Source of the DNA: Carcharhinus amblyrhynchos
Taxonomy: Eukaryota
Assembly: GCA_965287045.1 (NCBI GenBank)
Contig: OZ336873.1
Span: forward strand, 102,548,001-102,612,000
Reading direction: 5' to 3'
DNA: 64,000 nt
Shown here: positions 38,071 through 50,996 of the stretch, in pieces
Layout: each line of letters opens with the position of its first letter
Position numbering within the stretch: position 1 is the first letter of the stretch
Made by a program: the position numbers and the translations under genes
The notes under the pieces: model-generated
Told to the model about the DNA's origin: nothing
What the model saw: the letters and a program-made list of their open reading frames with translations, nothing else
Database searches by the model: none

Positions 38071-38164
38071 CTGCAAAATAACATCGGATTCAGCAAACAA
38101 AGCTAAGTTAGTCAATACTACATAGACAAGGAATACAAAAACAAGAAATAGAATACAAAATAAC

Positions 38165-39115
38165 AGAGTCAGAGGTTTACAGCATGGAAACAGGCTCTTC
38201 GGCCCAACTTGTCCATGCTGCCCAGTTTTTAACCACTAAGCTCGTCCCAATTGCCCACATATGGCCCATATCCCTCTATACCCATCTTACCCAGTAACTT
38301 TCTAAATGCTTTTTAAAAGACAAAATTGTACCCGCCACTATTACTGCCTCTGACAGTAAGGAGGACCACCCTGTGTGTGCAAAAATTGCCCCTCTGGACC
38401 TTGAGTTTTTCTCCCCTCTCACCTTAAACCTATGCCCTCTGGTTTTAGACTCCCCTATCTTTGGGAAAAGATATTGACTTTCACGCTGATCTATGCCCCT
38501 CATTATTTTATAGACCTCTACAAAATCACCCTAAACCTCCTACGCTTCACAGAAAAAATCCGAGTCTATCCAGTCTCTCCATATGACTCAAAACATCAAG
38601 TCCCAGTAGCATTGTAGTAAATCTTTTCTGCACTCTTTCCAGTTTAATAATATCTTTTCGATAATAGGGTGATCAGAATTGTACACAGTATTCCAAGTGT
38701 GGACTTACCAATGTCTTGTACAATTTCAACAAGACATCCCAACTCCTGTATTCCAATGTTCTGATCAATGAAACCAAGCATGCCAAGCGCCTTCTTCACC
38801 ATCCTGTTCATCTGTGACTCCACTTTCAAGGAGTTATGAACCTGTACCCCTAAATCTCTTTGTTCTATAACTCTCCCCAACACCCTACCATTAACTGAGT
38901 AAGTTCTGCCTTAGTTCGATTTACCAAAATGCTTCACCTCACATTTATCTAATTTAAAATCCATCTGCCATTCATCAGTCCACTGGCCAATTGATCAAGA
39001 TCCTGTTGCAATCCTAGATAACCTTCTTCACTGTCCGATCTTGGTGTCATCTGCAAACTTACTAACCATGCCTCCTAAATTCTCATCTAAATCATTAATA
39101 TAAATGACAAATAAG
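38165..39115 (-). mobile_element. CR1 3' fragment (same family as 47940-49970)
   Basis: QRDLGVQVHNSLKVESQ and ESKTRGHRFKVRG; tail tttacagcatggaaacagg. Confidence 0.9.
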
Positions 39116-39330
39116 CGTCAATTTCCTGTGAAAGTAAATGAATATTAAACAGTGGAACAGAATTTTTACCTACATTGAACGCTGAACCTAAAATTCTAGT
39201 GAACCTCAAATTTTAATGAAAAATTGATGGTTTGGCAAACCTCAAAATTGAGAAGATGTACATGTAATGAAAATAGTTCAAATGGGTTTTGACAAATTTG
39301 TACTCTCAAACAATTAAACACAATTGCCTT

Positions 39331-39779
39331 ATAAGAACATAAGAAATAGGAGCAGGAGTAGGCCATCCAGCCCTTCGAGCCTGCCCCGCCATTCAATAAG
39401 ATCATGGATGATCTGTCGTGTCTCAGTTCCACATTCCCGCCCTCTCCCCATAACCCTTAATCCCCTCGCTTATCAAAAACCCATCAACCCGCGCCTTAAA
39501 AATATTTAGCGAGGCAGCCTCCACCACCTCAATGGGCAGAGAATTCCAGAGATTCACCACCCTTTGAGTGAAGAAGTTCCTCCTCAACTCCGTTCTAAAC
39601 CGCCCCCCCCCAGTCCTACTGTCCTTTCTGAGCGGGAAGAGCCTCTCCACCTCTATCCTATCCATCCCATTCATCATCTTATACGTCTCAATGAGATCTC
39701 CCCTCATTCTTCTAAACTCTTAACGAGTACAAGCCTAGTTTATTCAGCCTCTCCTCATAGCTCAACCCCCTCAACTCCG
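39331..39779 (-). mobile_element. Young CR1 3' fragment (same subfamily as 25572-27498)
   Basis: MRGDLIETYKMMNGMDRIEVERLFPLRKDSRT is identical to the 27 kb copy. Confidence 0.93.
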
Positions 39780-40456
39780 GTAACACAAGAAACTATAACG
39801 CTGGGATACTGGATGAGATTAAAAAAAGGTACCAAAGAGGCTGGGAAAATTTAAAAGTAGCTAACTCACTAAGTTTGGATGGAATGCATCCAAAATTGCT
39901 GAGGGAAGCAAGGATAGAAATTTGCAGAGGTGCTGGCTACAATAATCTGATGCTCCTTAGGCACAGTGATGGTGCCACAGAACTGAAGAATTACAAATAT
40001 TACGTTTTTTTTAAAACAAAAGTGGGTCAAAGGATGAATTTGGCAATTACAGTTTAACATTGGTGGTGGGAAAGATTTTACAAACAATAATCCTGGAAAA
40101 AGTTAACAGTCACTTGGACAAGCAGACTGAAAGGAAAGCCATCGCGAATTTGTCGCGGACATATTATGAATTCTTCCAAATTGAATTGGAGGACCCAGTG
40201 CAATTTTTAATGTATATGAATAACTTGGACTGGAGGGTAAAAGGCACAATTTTACATGCTGCAGATGATACCAAACCGCGAAGTGTTGTACTAACATGGA
40301 GAAAGATAACAAATAGGCTTCAAGAGGATACCGATTGAAGAAATTCAACAAAAATGAGGGATGATGCATTTTGTCAGGAGAATGCAGAGGTAATACATGC
40401 TAATTGGTACAGTTTGAAACAAAGGGGGGTGCGGAGGTTCAGGACGACGACCAGCT

Positions 40457-40494
40457 TGGGGGCGGGGGGGGGGGGGGGGGGGGTGGGGGGGGGT
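40457..40494 (+). repeat. Poly-G tract
   Basis: Near-continuous run of G seen directly. Confidence 0.9.
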
Positions 40495-40641
40495 GCGTAC
40501 AAGTGCTGTTGATGGCAGCAGCAGATGTTAACAAACCATGTTTCATGAAGTATACAGGATCCTGGGTATAAAATCAGAAACAGAGTACAACTGCAAAAAA
40601 AAGTGCCAAAGCTATATAAACACCAGTTCAGTCTCAGCTAA

Positions 40642-40836
40642 AGTAAGAAGTCTCACAACACCAGGTTAAAGTCCAACAGGTTTATTTGATAAAACAAGCT
40701 TTTGGAGCACTGCTCTTTCATCAGGTGAGTCACTCTCCTGATGAAGCAGCAGCGCTCCGAAAGCTCGTGCTACCAAATAAACCAGTGAGACTTCTTACTG
40801 TGCCTACCCCGCTTCAAGGCTGGCATCTCCACATCA
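40642..40836. mobile_element. Older copy of the same PLE-type inverted-repeat/hammerhead element, nested in a CR1 remnant
   Basis: Arms homologous to 57930-58132 and CTGATGA...GAAAgcTC at 40738-40766. Same extension, on the opposite side. 13-bp TSD cagtctcagctaa (40629-40641, 40837-40849). Confidence 0.8.
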
Positions 40837-41519
40837 CAGTCTCAGCTAACTAGAGTTTTGTGTGCAATTCTAGGTACACACTTTCTGAAGGAGATGGCAC
40901 AGCACAGGTGTTCAAGAATTCTTTTCAGGTATGCAGGCTTGCAGCAACATGGACAGAGTGGAAAAGCTAGTGATGTTCACATCCAAGCAAGGTGGGCTAA
41001 GAGGAGATCTGATAGAGGTGTTAAAAGTCATGAAGGGTTTAGATATAGTAAGGGGAGGGATTGCTTCTAATGGCTAAAGGAATGATAACCAGAATGCACA
41101 GATTTAAGGCAAAAGAAACAGAGGCAACGTGAGGAAGAACTATTTTTATGCGATGAGTGGTTAGGATTTGGAATGCAATGCCTTATAGGGTGGCAAATAC
41201 AGATTCAACAGGGGGGAATTTGATAAATAAACAAATGCTGGCAGGGAAATGGGGAAGGGGAATGGGGCTGACTGGATTTGTGTTTCAAAGAGCCGGCACA
41301 GTCTTGATGGATTAAATGGTTGCCTTCTATACTATCCTATTCTACAATTCTATATTGAATCCTCACAAATTCAGCAAAGGCTATTGAATTGAATCATTCG
41401 AGCCTGATAACAGTGCAAATACGCAATTAAACCATAAATTTATGGAAAATGTTGAAAATACTCTGGTCTGGCATCAGCTGTGGAGAAAGAGAGTTAATTA
41501 ACTCAAAGTGCAAGCCAAT

Positions 41520-42862
41520 TCTTCTCAGGCTCTCCTGGTACCACCCTCAGGGCCTCCAAATGTTGTTCAACATGGAGGAGTACTAATTCATCAGCCGGAG
41601 GACAGTATGTGATAACCTGCCAGAGACTTCCTTGCCCATGTTTAACCTGAAGCTATGAGACTTCATGGAGTCCAGAGGTGATGTTAATGATTCCCAAGTC
41701 AACTCGCTCCCGACTGTATATCACTCTGCTGGGTCTGTCCTGCCAGCGAGACAAGACATATCCAGGGATGGAAATGCTGGTGTTTGGGGTGTTATCTGTA
41801 AGTTATGATTCCGTGAAAATGGCTGTCTGGCTGTTGCTTGACTATTTTGAGTTTCAGCTCTTCCAATTTTGGAACAAGCCCCAGATGTTAATAAGAAGCA
41901 CTTTGTAGCTGTTTGTTTTGCCACTGTCTTTTCTGATGCCTCGGTCGACGCCAGGTGATCCATCTGGTTTAATTTCTTTGTTGAGACTTTGTACCGATTG
42001 ATACAACTGGGTGGCTTCCTAGGCTATTTCACAGGGCAGTTGAGAATCAGCAATATTGTTTTGGCTCTGGAATCACATGTAGGCCAAACCAGGACGGGAT
42101 GACAGATTTTCTTCCTTAAAGGACATTAGTGAGTCAGATGGGGTTTTTTTTTCGATAATTGACAATGGTTTCCTGGTCATCAATACTACTGGTTCATCAG
42201 CTGAGGGTGGGCAGTACATGATTAGCAGCAAATTTTCTACAGTTGACTTGATGCCATGAGGTCTCATAGGCTTTAGATTCAACTTTGAGGACTTCTAGTT
42301 CCCTCCTGATTATATAATACTGTCACCACCTTTGGTGGATCCGCCCTGTCAGCAGGTCAAGACAAACCTAGGAATGGCAATGAAGGAGTTTGTGACATTG
42401 GTTCTAAGGTACGACAGGGTGAACATGACTATATTAATTAGGCTGTTGCTTGACTCGTCTGTGGGACAGCTCACCACAAGTCCCCAGATATTAGCATGGA
42501 CGATTTTGTAGGATCAACTGGGCAGAATGTGTTTTTGGGGGTTCACCTGATTTGATTTTGAATTGACTTTTCTGTAGCAGTTTGATTTCAGACGGCACTT
42601 AGGAGTCTGTGGGCCTGGAGTCACATGTAGGCCAGATCAGTTAAGAATGGCAGGTTTCCCTTCCCTGAAAGACATTATTGAATCACATGGCTTTTTACAA
42701 CAACCTGGTGGTTTCATGACCATTATTAATGGGACTTGCATTTTATTCCAGATTCATTAATTAATTGAATTTGAAATGACGCCTTCAAACATTTGAACTG
42801 ATGTCTTCAAAGCATTAGGGTGGGCCTCTAGCCTAAGCAGCCAGTACTATTGCCACTATGCT
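41520..42862 (-). mobile_element. Two tandem LINE 5' ends: SINE-like head followed by an APE endonuclease N-terminus
   Basis: Units ~42862-42185 and ~42185-41520. Minus strand encodes NIWGL..KQQPD..FTES..IPGYVLSR..DRP...VKHGQG..YCPPADE. Confidence 0.65.
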
Positions 42863-43139
42863 ACCATTCCTTAGACTCTCCAATTCTTAGCAGATACAAT
42901 GTCCGCTTATCGGAGTGACCAATGATGCTGAATCCAAAAATAAATTCAGTATGGTAACCAAAAAGCACAACTGTCTTACAAAAGTCATGGTTTCTTTGCT
43001 CAACAGAAGTTGAAATGTTGATTGAATCAAATGTTGGTTGAAAGAAAAGGAGAAAAATGCACAATTTTGAAGTTGGAATTATTCTTCAATTGGCTGGCCT
43101 CAGCATACCTTAATAAAAGGTTCTGGTTTCTTCTCACCA

Positions 43140-43660
43140 AGCAACTCTCACAAGCAATGAGGAAAGCAAATAGTATGTCACACTTCATTGCAAGTGATTG
43201 TAGCAACTTAAAGGGTTGCCATAAAGGTTTACTGAGATTGATTCCTGGGAAGAGAGGGTTGTCCCACCAGGGGAGCTTTAGAAGAACAGGCTTGCACTTT
43301 ACAAAATATAAAAGATTCTGTGAGGGCTTGGCAGGGTGGATGCTGAGGTTGTTGAGGTTCTAGAGAGTCTAGAGTTAAGGGACATAGTCTCAAGTCAAAT
43401 GGTCGGTCATTCACTACTGAGATAAGAAATGTCTTAATTCAGAGCATTGTAAATCTTTGAAATTCTCCACCCCAGAGGCCTATAGATGCTCAGCAGTTGA
43501 GTATTTCAAAGATCAATAGATTTTTGGTCATGAAATGTAACTTGGGGATATGGAAATCAGGCACTACAATGGAGTTAACGTCAAGGATCAGATATGCTTG
43601 TATTGAATGGTGGTGGAGACTTGAGAGCCACAGGTATTCATCTGGCCCTATCTTAATGCT
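43140..43660 (+). mobile_element. Old CR1 3' fragment
   Basis: agagtctagagttaagggacatagtctc...gtaaatctttgaaattctc. Confidence 0.72.
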
Positions 43661-46024
43661 GTTACATAATTTACTGCAGAGAAGGGAAGCAATGAACAAA
43701 GAAAAAGAATGTTTGATCTATTTCATGAGATTATTTCAACATTTAACTTTGGGAATTAGCAATTTAAATTATTTCATTTGGCAAATTGCACAATCTTCAA
43801 TCCAAGGTCGATATTTAGTCTTTTCAACTTTTCATTTTAGCTAAGATGCTTCCTTCACAATACTCTACGGCCCCTCTTTTTATTCTCATTTTCCAATGTT
43901 TAGTCCATTTCTCCGTTTGGGTTACAGGGACTTTTGGTAATGAAGACTGCTGTTCAGGAAATCTTTGTACAATTGTGTAAAATGGCAAAATCTACCTGTC
44001 AATTTTGAACAGAATCCACTCCTTCACACATGATAGATTTCAGACTCAAATGACTTGACGAAGATCTTGAAGTCACTTCAGAAGCTCGGCTACTTGCTTC
44101 TCCTCCAAAAACTGCCCAAACCCAATTTTTTTTCTCTCGCCTTCTTTACACATTGCATGTTCCTGACCCAGTTTATTTTGTCAAGGGACTAACAGATTAG
44201 ATTTAAGTGCGTCCTGATGAAAATTAGAACAATGGCACAATTGTGAACAATGAAAGCCACTTCCCCCCTTTTCAAGTGTTATCATTTTTTCCTGTGCAGT
44301 TTGTGGGTCTCAGTGCAGTAAGGACTAACCATTTGCAGGAAGGGAAGCTGAGATAATATATCACTGTAAATACAGACAACTAGCATTAAATTTGCAATTG
44401 GCAAGATTGTAATTACTCCTAGGTTAACCATAGCAGAGTTCAATTTCCTCTTCCCCTCTATTGCATCAAGAATGTACCTCAGTGCCACAATTAGCAACAT
44501 TACCTATTGTACCATAATAATTAATTTTCAACATTATTCTTGTATTTGACTATAGCTGTCACTTATGGCACATCCTTAATTATCCCTGGCAATTCCTAGC
44601 AAGATAAAAGGAGACTAGTGCAAGTTGAAGCTGCAGTAATCTGCTTTTTGCCTCCTCTGATGTCTTGCTCCTGTTGACTGATTAGTGCCAAAACCATTGA
44701 CCCACCAATTCATTTACTAGCCCAAAATTCCGGTGCAAACCAATAAGCCAGCCACAGTTGTTTCTTGAAACTAAACCTTTGCTCCTAAACGACAGTAATG
44801 CACACAGATGTGTTTAACTGAAGCATCCCAGCTACTGAGGCATTGACATCAGTGGATTTCTCAACTGGCAAATTAACTACAAGAAGGTGGAGGTAATAAG
44901 CCAGCGAAGCAGTCAATACTTAGACGGATTTTTCAATGCTTGTTAGTGAAAACTGATTTCCCAAGTCACGAGATCTTCCATATTTGTCAATAACAATGGA
45001 TAAAAGTGGTTGAGCAGATCAAGGCAAGTATCTTCTACCCAGGACCTAGTGACAGTGCAGGAAGAAATCTCACAACCTCACCAGGACTGCCAAGATAAGG
45101 CTCTTCTTCGCAACTCTCTTACCCTCTGCATCATTAGACACAAGATTCGAAGATGTTTCACACATTTTCAAGACATTTTAATGGGACACAAACCAAATCA
45201 ATTTCACTCTTTTCACAGGAGAAAGTGCCATAATGGAGAATGAATACAGTCCACCAATATAAGAATTGACATAATTATCAGAAAGCTGACATAGAAGATT
45301 AAATATGGCAAGTTTTGAGACAGCAAAGCAGAATATTTGACCTTGCTTCTCATTATATATTCAACAGTCTCACTTGGAGACCCAGCATGACAACACTGTT
45401 CTGCATTACGTTGCCTTTCAGCTGCTACTGCTCATTCATGCCAATCAGTTCATTTTTTTATCACCTCCCTTTTTTTGCCCCTCCAGGAATCAGCACAGAT
45501 GTCAGTGCCCCATGAATCAGAGAAAAGAAGTTACAGGGGCCTGTAGCTGGTGATTCAGCTTTCCACCATCTGCAAGATACAAGTCAGGGGTGTGGTGGTA
45601 TATTCTCCACTTGCCTGGATCAGCGCAATTCTAATAATGTTCAAGAAACTCGACATCATGCAAGAGAAAGTAAATTGCTCAAATGTCACTTCATCCACTA
45701 CTGACACATTGTTTGTACCATCTATAGGATGCATTACAGCAATTCAGTAACGATTTAAACACAGCACTTTCCAAACCTGCAACACGTAGGTCCAGAGGTT
45801 GAAGAACAGTGGGAGACTGGGAACATCACCTCTTAGTGAGGCACCATCCTGACAGGGAAATATCTTGCCATGAGGTCAAAATCCTGGAAGTATCTCCCTG
45901 ACAGGACAGTGGGAGTGTTTGCACTAGATGGACTGAATGGTTCAACAGGTGTTAATGGTCAGTTAGGGATAATCATTAAATGCTGGCCTTGTTAGCACGT
46001 CCACATCCCAGACATGAATTTTGA

Positions 46025-46385
46025 AAACGTCAGAATCAGAGAAGCACATAAATCTGATGGTTACAGAGCTATCAGTTGTCACAGGAATGGGCATGGAGGA
46101 ACTTAAACACAAGAAACAGGATTTTAAATTTGAGGTGTTGTTGGACCAGGAGTATTGTAGGCGATTCAACATTGAGGTAATGGATGAATGAAGGCAAGCA
46201 GCAGAGTTTTGAATGAGGCTAAGATTACGGAAGGTGGAAAGTGGCAGGTCAACCAAGAGAACATTGGAATTGGCAAGCCTGAAGGTATCAAAGCATGGAT
46301 GAAGATTGCGGGGGGGGGAAGAAGAGAGAGTTGTTTTGGTGATGGGCAGAACAAGTGCAGGTGGAAAACGTGATCCAGGGAAACA
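46025..46385 (-). mobile_element. L2 LINE 3' fragment; further L2-like pieces at ~7790-8660 and ~15705-16045 (-)
   Basis: IHA...RLANSNVLLVDLP..LSLIQNSAA...SITSML, similar to L2 IHAFVTSRLDYSN..IQNSAA..ITPVL. Confidence 0.7.
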
Positions 46386-46409
46386 ATATCCAACTATAAC
46401 ATGCCAAGT

Positions 46410-46620
46410 GAAAATAAAACAGAAAATGCTGCAAATACTCAGCTGGTCAGGTAGCATCTGTGCAGTGAAATAACATTTCACATTGATGATGACCCTACAT
46501 CAGAACTCTTCAATACAAAATGTTTTGTTTCCCTCCACAATTGCTGCCTGACCAGTGGAGTACTTCTAGTATCATTTTTATTTCAGCTTTCCAGCAATTC
46601 AGCATTTTGCTTTTGTATTT
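46410..46620. mobile_element. Second PLE-terminus family, degenerate inverted pair
   Basis: aaaacagaaaatgctgcaaatactcagc...gcatctgtg faces ctccacaattgctgcctgacc...cagcattttgctttt. Decayed CTGATG...GAAATGTT on minus. Related pieces at ~10050-10155, ~25050-25170, ~28690-28722, ~41440-41495, ~54460-54560. Confidence 0.55.
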
Positions 46621-46789
46621 GTGACAAAATATTAAATATTTTATATAAAGTGCACTTATGTAAATATCACACTTCCCTCTTGGAACCTTTCTCTAACAAT
46701 TTGTTCACAGATGTAGAAATAGATATATGCTGTAAAATACATGTTTAAAAATTTGGGTGACAAAACTTCAAGGTATTGTGAACTAATAG

Positions 46790-47672
46790 GATGATCATGA
46801 TCGACTTTAAGAGGTCATTTGGTGGAATTAGCAGACTTGTGGCAGTTGCAAATTGGGTGTAAAGAAGTGTGAAGTGTTACGTTTTGGCAGGAAGAACACA
46901 GTTGCAAAATAAAGGGTACAAAATAGGATACAGAAAAACTTTAGTGGATGTGTACTTACATTTTTGAAGGTGGCAGAGCAGGTTGAGAATATGGTTAAAA
47001 AAAGACATACAGGATTCTGGGCTTTATTAAGAGACACAGTACAAAAACTAGGAATTTATGATCACCTTTCATAACATATTGATTCAACCATAAATGGTCA
47101 CTTTAGGGAGATCGTGACAGCCTTATAGAGGGTGCAGAAAAATTGACAGAAGTATTTTTTATATTATTTCATGGGATTTGATTGTCGCTGACAAGGCCAA
47201 CATTTGCTGCTCACTCCAAAACACCTTTGAGAAGTTGGCGAGTAGTTAAAAATTATTCCAGGGATGACAGCCTTGCTTATGTGGATATTTGGAGAAGCTG
47301 GAGATGTTCTCCTTAACAGAAGGTTTGATTGAAGTATGCAAAATCATGTGGGGCTAGACAGAGAAGATACGGAGGAGATCTTCTCATTGGCAGAAGGACC
47401 ATGAGGACATGGTTTCAAGTGATTGACAAATTAACCAAAGGCAATACTAAGAATTTTTTAAAAATACAGCAAAGAGGATTATGATCTGCAATGCCTGGGA
47501 ATGATGTGGAGGCAGACTGGATCAGGGATTTCAAAGGGGAATTAGATAAGAACTTTAAGGGAAAACATTTATGAGGAAAGATTGGGTTTGGGATTATGCA
47601 AATTGGTCTTGCAGAGGGCCAGACTAATGTGATAAGCCAAATGGGCTCCGTCTGTCTTGGAATCATTCTATA
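46790..47672 (+). mobile_element. Old CR1 3' fragment
   Basis: aagtgtgaagtgttacgttttggcagg...aatcattcta; degenerate. Confidence 0.68.
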
Positions 47673-47934
47673 TCACTACCTATCACAGGAGAACTGCTGC
47701 CAGTATATTAAGTGGGTGTATGGTTTGCCCTTCCACGAACCATTCACCTTACTAGTCATCGTAATTTTTAATCACACATTATGGTCTTGTTCAAAATAAA
47801 ACAGCAGCAAACAAGAACAAAAGGAATAAGGAAAGGGATAAATCTGATGCAAGTTAGGCGAGTAGAAAATTGCCATTGACAAACTACTAATGACTTATCT
47901 AAGTATTCAAACCCGAATGATCAATCATGAAAAC

Positions 47935-49968
47935 TTAAAGTGAAGGACAGGGCTGGCAGAAGTCGGGAACCCTGGGTGACTCGGGATATTAAGGCCCTGG
48001 TCAAGAAGAAGAAAGAGGCACATGACGTACATAGACAGTTGGGATCAAGTGAATCTTTTGAAGAGTATGGGGGTTTAGGAGTAGAGTTAAGAGAGAAATC
48101 AGGAGGGCAAAAAGGGGACACAAAATTGTTTTGGCAGAGAAGGCAAAGGAGAATCCAAAGAGCTTCTACAAATACATAAAGAGCAAAAGGGTAATGAGAG
48201 AGAGTAGGGCCTCTTAATGATCAACAAGATCATTTATGTGCAGATCCACAAGAGGTGGGTGAGATCGTAAATGAATATTTCTCATCAGTATTTACTGTTG
48301 AGAAAAGCATGGATGTTAGGGAACTTGGGGAAATAAATATTGATGTCTTGAGGAGTATACATATTAGAGGTGGTGTTCATGGAAGTCTTAAAGTGGATCA
48401 AGGTAGATAAATCCGTGGGACCTCATGAGGTATAGTCCAGGACGTTGTGGGAGGCTAGGGAGGAAATTGCGGGTCCCCGAACCGAGATATTTGAATCACC
48501 ATTAGTCACGGGTGAGGTGCCTGAAAATTGGAGTGTGGCAAATGTTGTGCCTTTATTTAAAAAGGGCTGCAGGGAAAAGCCTGGGAACTACAGGCCAGTG
48601 AGTCTCACATCTATGGTGGGTAAATTGTTGGAAGGTATTTTGAGAGACAGGATCTAGAGGCATTTAGAGATGCAAGGACTGATTAGGGACAGCTAGCATG
48701 GCTTTGTGAGTGGAAAATCATGTCTCACAAATTTCACTGAGTTTTTTGAAGGGGTAACCAAGAAAGTAGATGAGGGCAGTGCAGTTGATGTTGTCCCAAT
48801 GGGCTTTAGGAAGGCCTTTGACAAGGCACCACATGGCAGGTTGTTGCATAAAGTTAATTTTCATGGGATCCAGGGTGAGGTATCTAAATGGATACAAAAT
48901 TGGCTTCTTGACAGAAGCCAGAAGGTAGTTGTAGAGAGTTGTTTTTCAAGCTGGAGGCCTGTGGCCAGCGATGTGTCTCAGGGATCAGTGCTGGGCCCAA
49001 TGTTATTTGTCATTTGTCTTAATGATTTGGATGAGAATATAATGGGCGTGATTAGCAAGTATGCAGATGACACCAAGATTGATGGCACGGTGGACAGTGA
49101 GGAAGGTTATCTCCAATTGCAGTGGGATCTTAATCAATTGAGCTGATGAATGGCAGATGGCATGTAATTTAGACAAATGCAAGGTGATGCATTTTGACAG
49201 ATTGAACCAGGGCAGGGCTTACTCAGTTAATGGTAGGGTGTTGGGGAGAGTTATAGAACAAAGATCTAGGGGTACGTGTTCATAGCCCCTTGCAAGTGGA
49301 GTCACAGGTGGACAGAGTGGTGAAGAAGGCATTCGGCATGCTTGCTTTCATCGGTCAGAATACTGAATATACAAGTTGGGACATCTTGTTAAAGTTGTAC
49401 AAGACATTGGCAAGGCCACACTTAGAATACTGTGTGCAATTCTGGTCACCCTATTATAGAAAGGATATTATTAAACTAGAAAGAGTGCAGAAAGGATTTA
49501 CTAGGATGCTACCAGGACTTGAAGGATTGAGTTATGAAGAGAGGCTGAATAGACTGGGACTTTTTTCTCTGGAGCGTAGGAGGCTGAGGGGTGGCCTTAT
49601 AGAGGCCAATAAAATAATGAGGGCATAGACAAGACAGATGGTCAATATCTTTTCCCAAAAATAGGGGAGTCTAAAACTAGAGGGCATAGGTTTAAGGTGA
49701 GAGGGGAGAGGTACAAAAGTGTCCAGAGGTGCAATTTTTCACACACAGGGTGGTGAATGCCTGGAACAAGCTGCCAGAGGTAGTAGTAGAGTGGGTACAA
49801 TTTTATCTTTTGAAAAGCATTTAGATAGTTACATGGGTACGAAGGGGATAGAGGGATATGAGTCAAATGCAGGCAATTAGAGTTAGTTTAGAAGTTTAAA
49901 AAAAAGGGCGACATGGACAAGTTGGGCCAAAGGGCCTGTTTCCATGCTGTAAACTTCAATGACTCTAT
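47935..49968 (+). mobile_element. CR1 LINE ORF2 fragment and 3' UTR
   Basis: NVVPLFKKG...NYRPVSLT, SQGSVLGP, KYADDTK and RPHLEYCVQFWSP. Confidence 0.95.
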
Positions 49969-50289
49969 CAATAATATAATTCAAATAAGGTGAACCAACC
50001 AAATTATTTTAAATGCTTATTTCTTCTGCTACATTCCTCAATAACTGAAGATTCTAATGTCCATAACAGGGCTGTAATTGACACAAAGTTTCAGACTGGC
50101 TTCTCATCTTTCCCAAGTGACATGGTGAATGTGTCTGTATCATGATGCATAAAGCATCACAACTTTGAGATACAAGCTATATAGGCCAATTGGTCATTGC
50201 TTGTCTATATGTTTGAAAACACCAGTTCCAATATGTATTACATGGAATAATAGCGCATTTGCATTACAATTGTGATTGAAAGTTGCCCT

Positions 50290-50500
50290 AGTCACAGAGG
50301 GCCATAGGTGTTTGACAGGGAGAGCGAGAACTGACTCGTGGTGATTCAATCTGAGGATCACCACCCCTCGGGCAAGGGGCAGGGTTGAGAAGAGAAGGCC
50401 TTTGTGGATAACCTCAGTGATATGGGAATTGAACCCACTCGATTGGCATCACACCATTGCATCATGAACCAGCTGTCCAGCCAGCTGAGCTAACTGACCT
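50290..50500 (-). mobile_element. tRNA-derived SINE of another family
   Basis: Minus strand A box tagctcagctgg and B box gggttcaattccc. Confidence 0.7.
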
Positions 50501-50689
50501 CCTCATTGTGATTAAGATCGTAACCTCAAATCCATCTTTTCCTTTTCTATTTTTGTAATAATTACTTAGCAGTACAGGTACTTTAAATGCTTAAACTTTA
50601 TTTTTACAGTTTAGATCAGAACATTTGATACATTTCAATGCATTCCACTGGTTAAGTCACCCAAGTAGTGCAATTTTGATTTAATATTA

Positions 50690-50996
50690 AAGTTTTAATG
50701 GTTATTTATTTGTATCACATAGGTTTACGTTAACACTGAAATGAAATTAATGTGAAATTCCCCTAGTTACCAGACTCTGGAGCCTGTTCGGGTACACTAA
50801 GGAAGAATTTAGCACAGCCAGTGCACCTAACCAGCACATCTTTCAGACTGTGGGGGAAAACCAGAGCGCCAAGAAGAAACCCATGCAAGCACGGGAAGAA
50901 CGTGCAGACTGCACACAGATAGTGACACCAAAGCTGGAGATGAACCCAGGTCCCTGGCGCTGTGAGGCAGCAGAGCTAATCACGTGCCACTGTGCC
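50690..50996 (-). mobile_element. HE1-like SINE (alternative tail)
   Basis: gtgaaattccctagttacc...gaacccaggtccctggcgctgtgaggcagc. Confidence 0.85.

Larger units (their letters stand above)
39860..41352 (+). mobile_element. Highly degraded CR1 ORF2 and 3' UTR
   Basis: DGMHPKLLREA and ADDTK; tail tatactatcctattctacaattcta. Interrupted by a poly-G tract and the PLE-type insertion. Confidence 0.75.
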
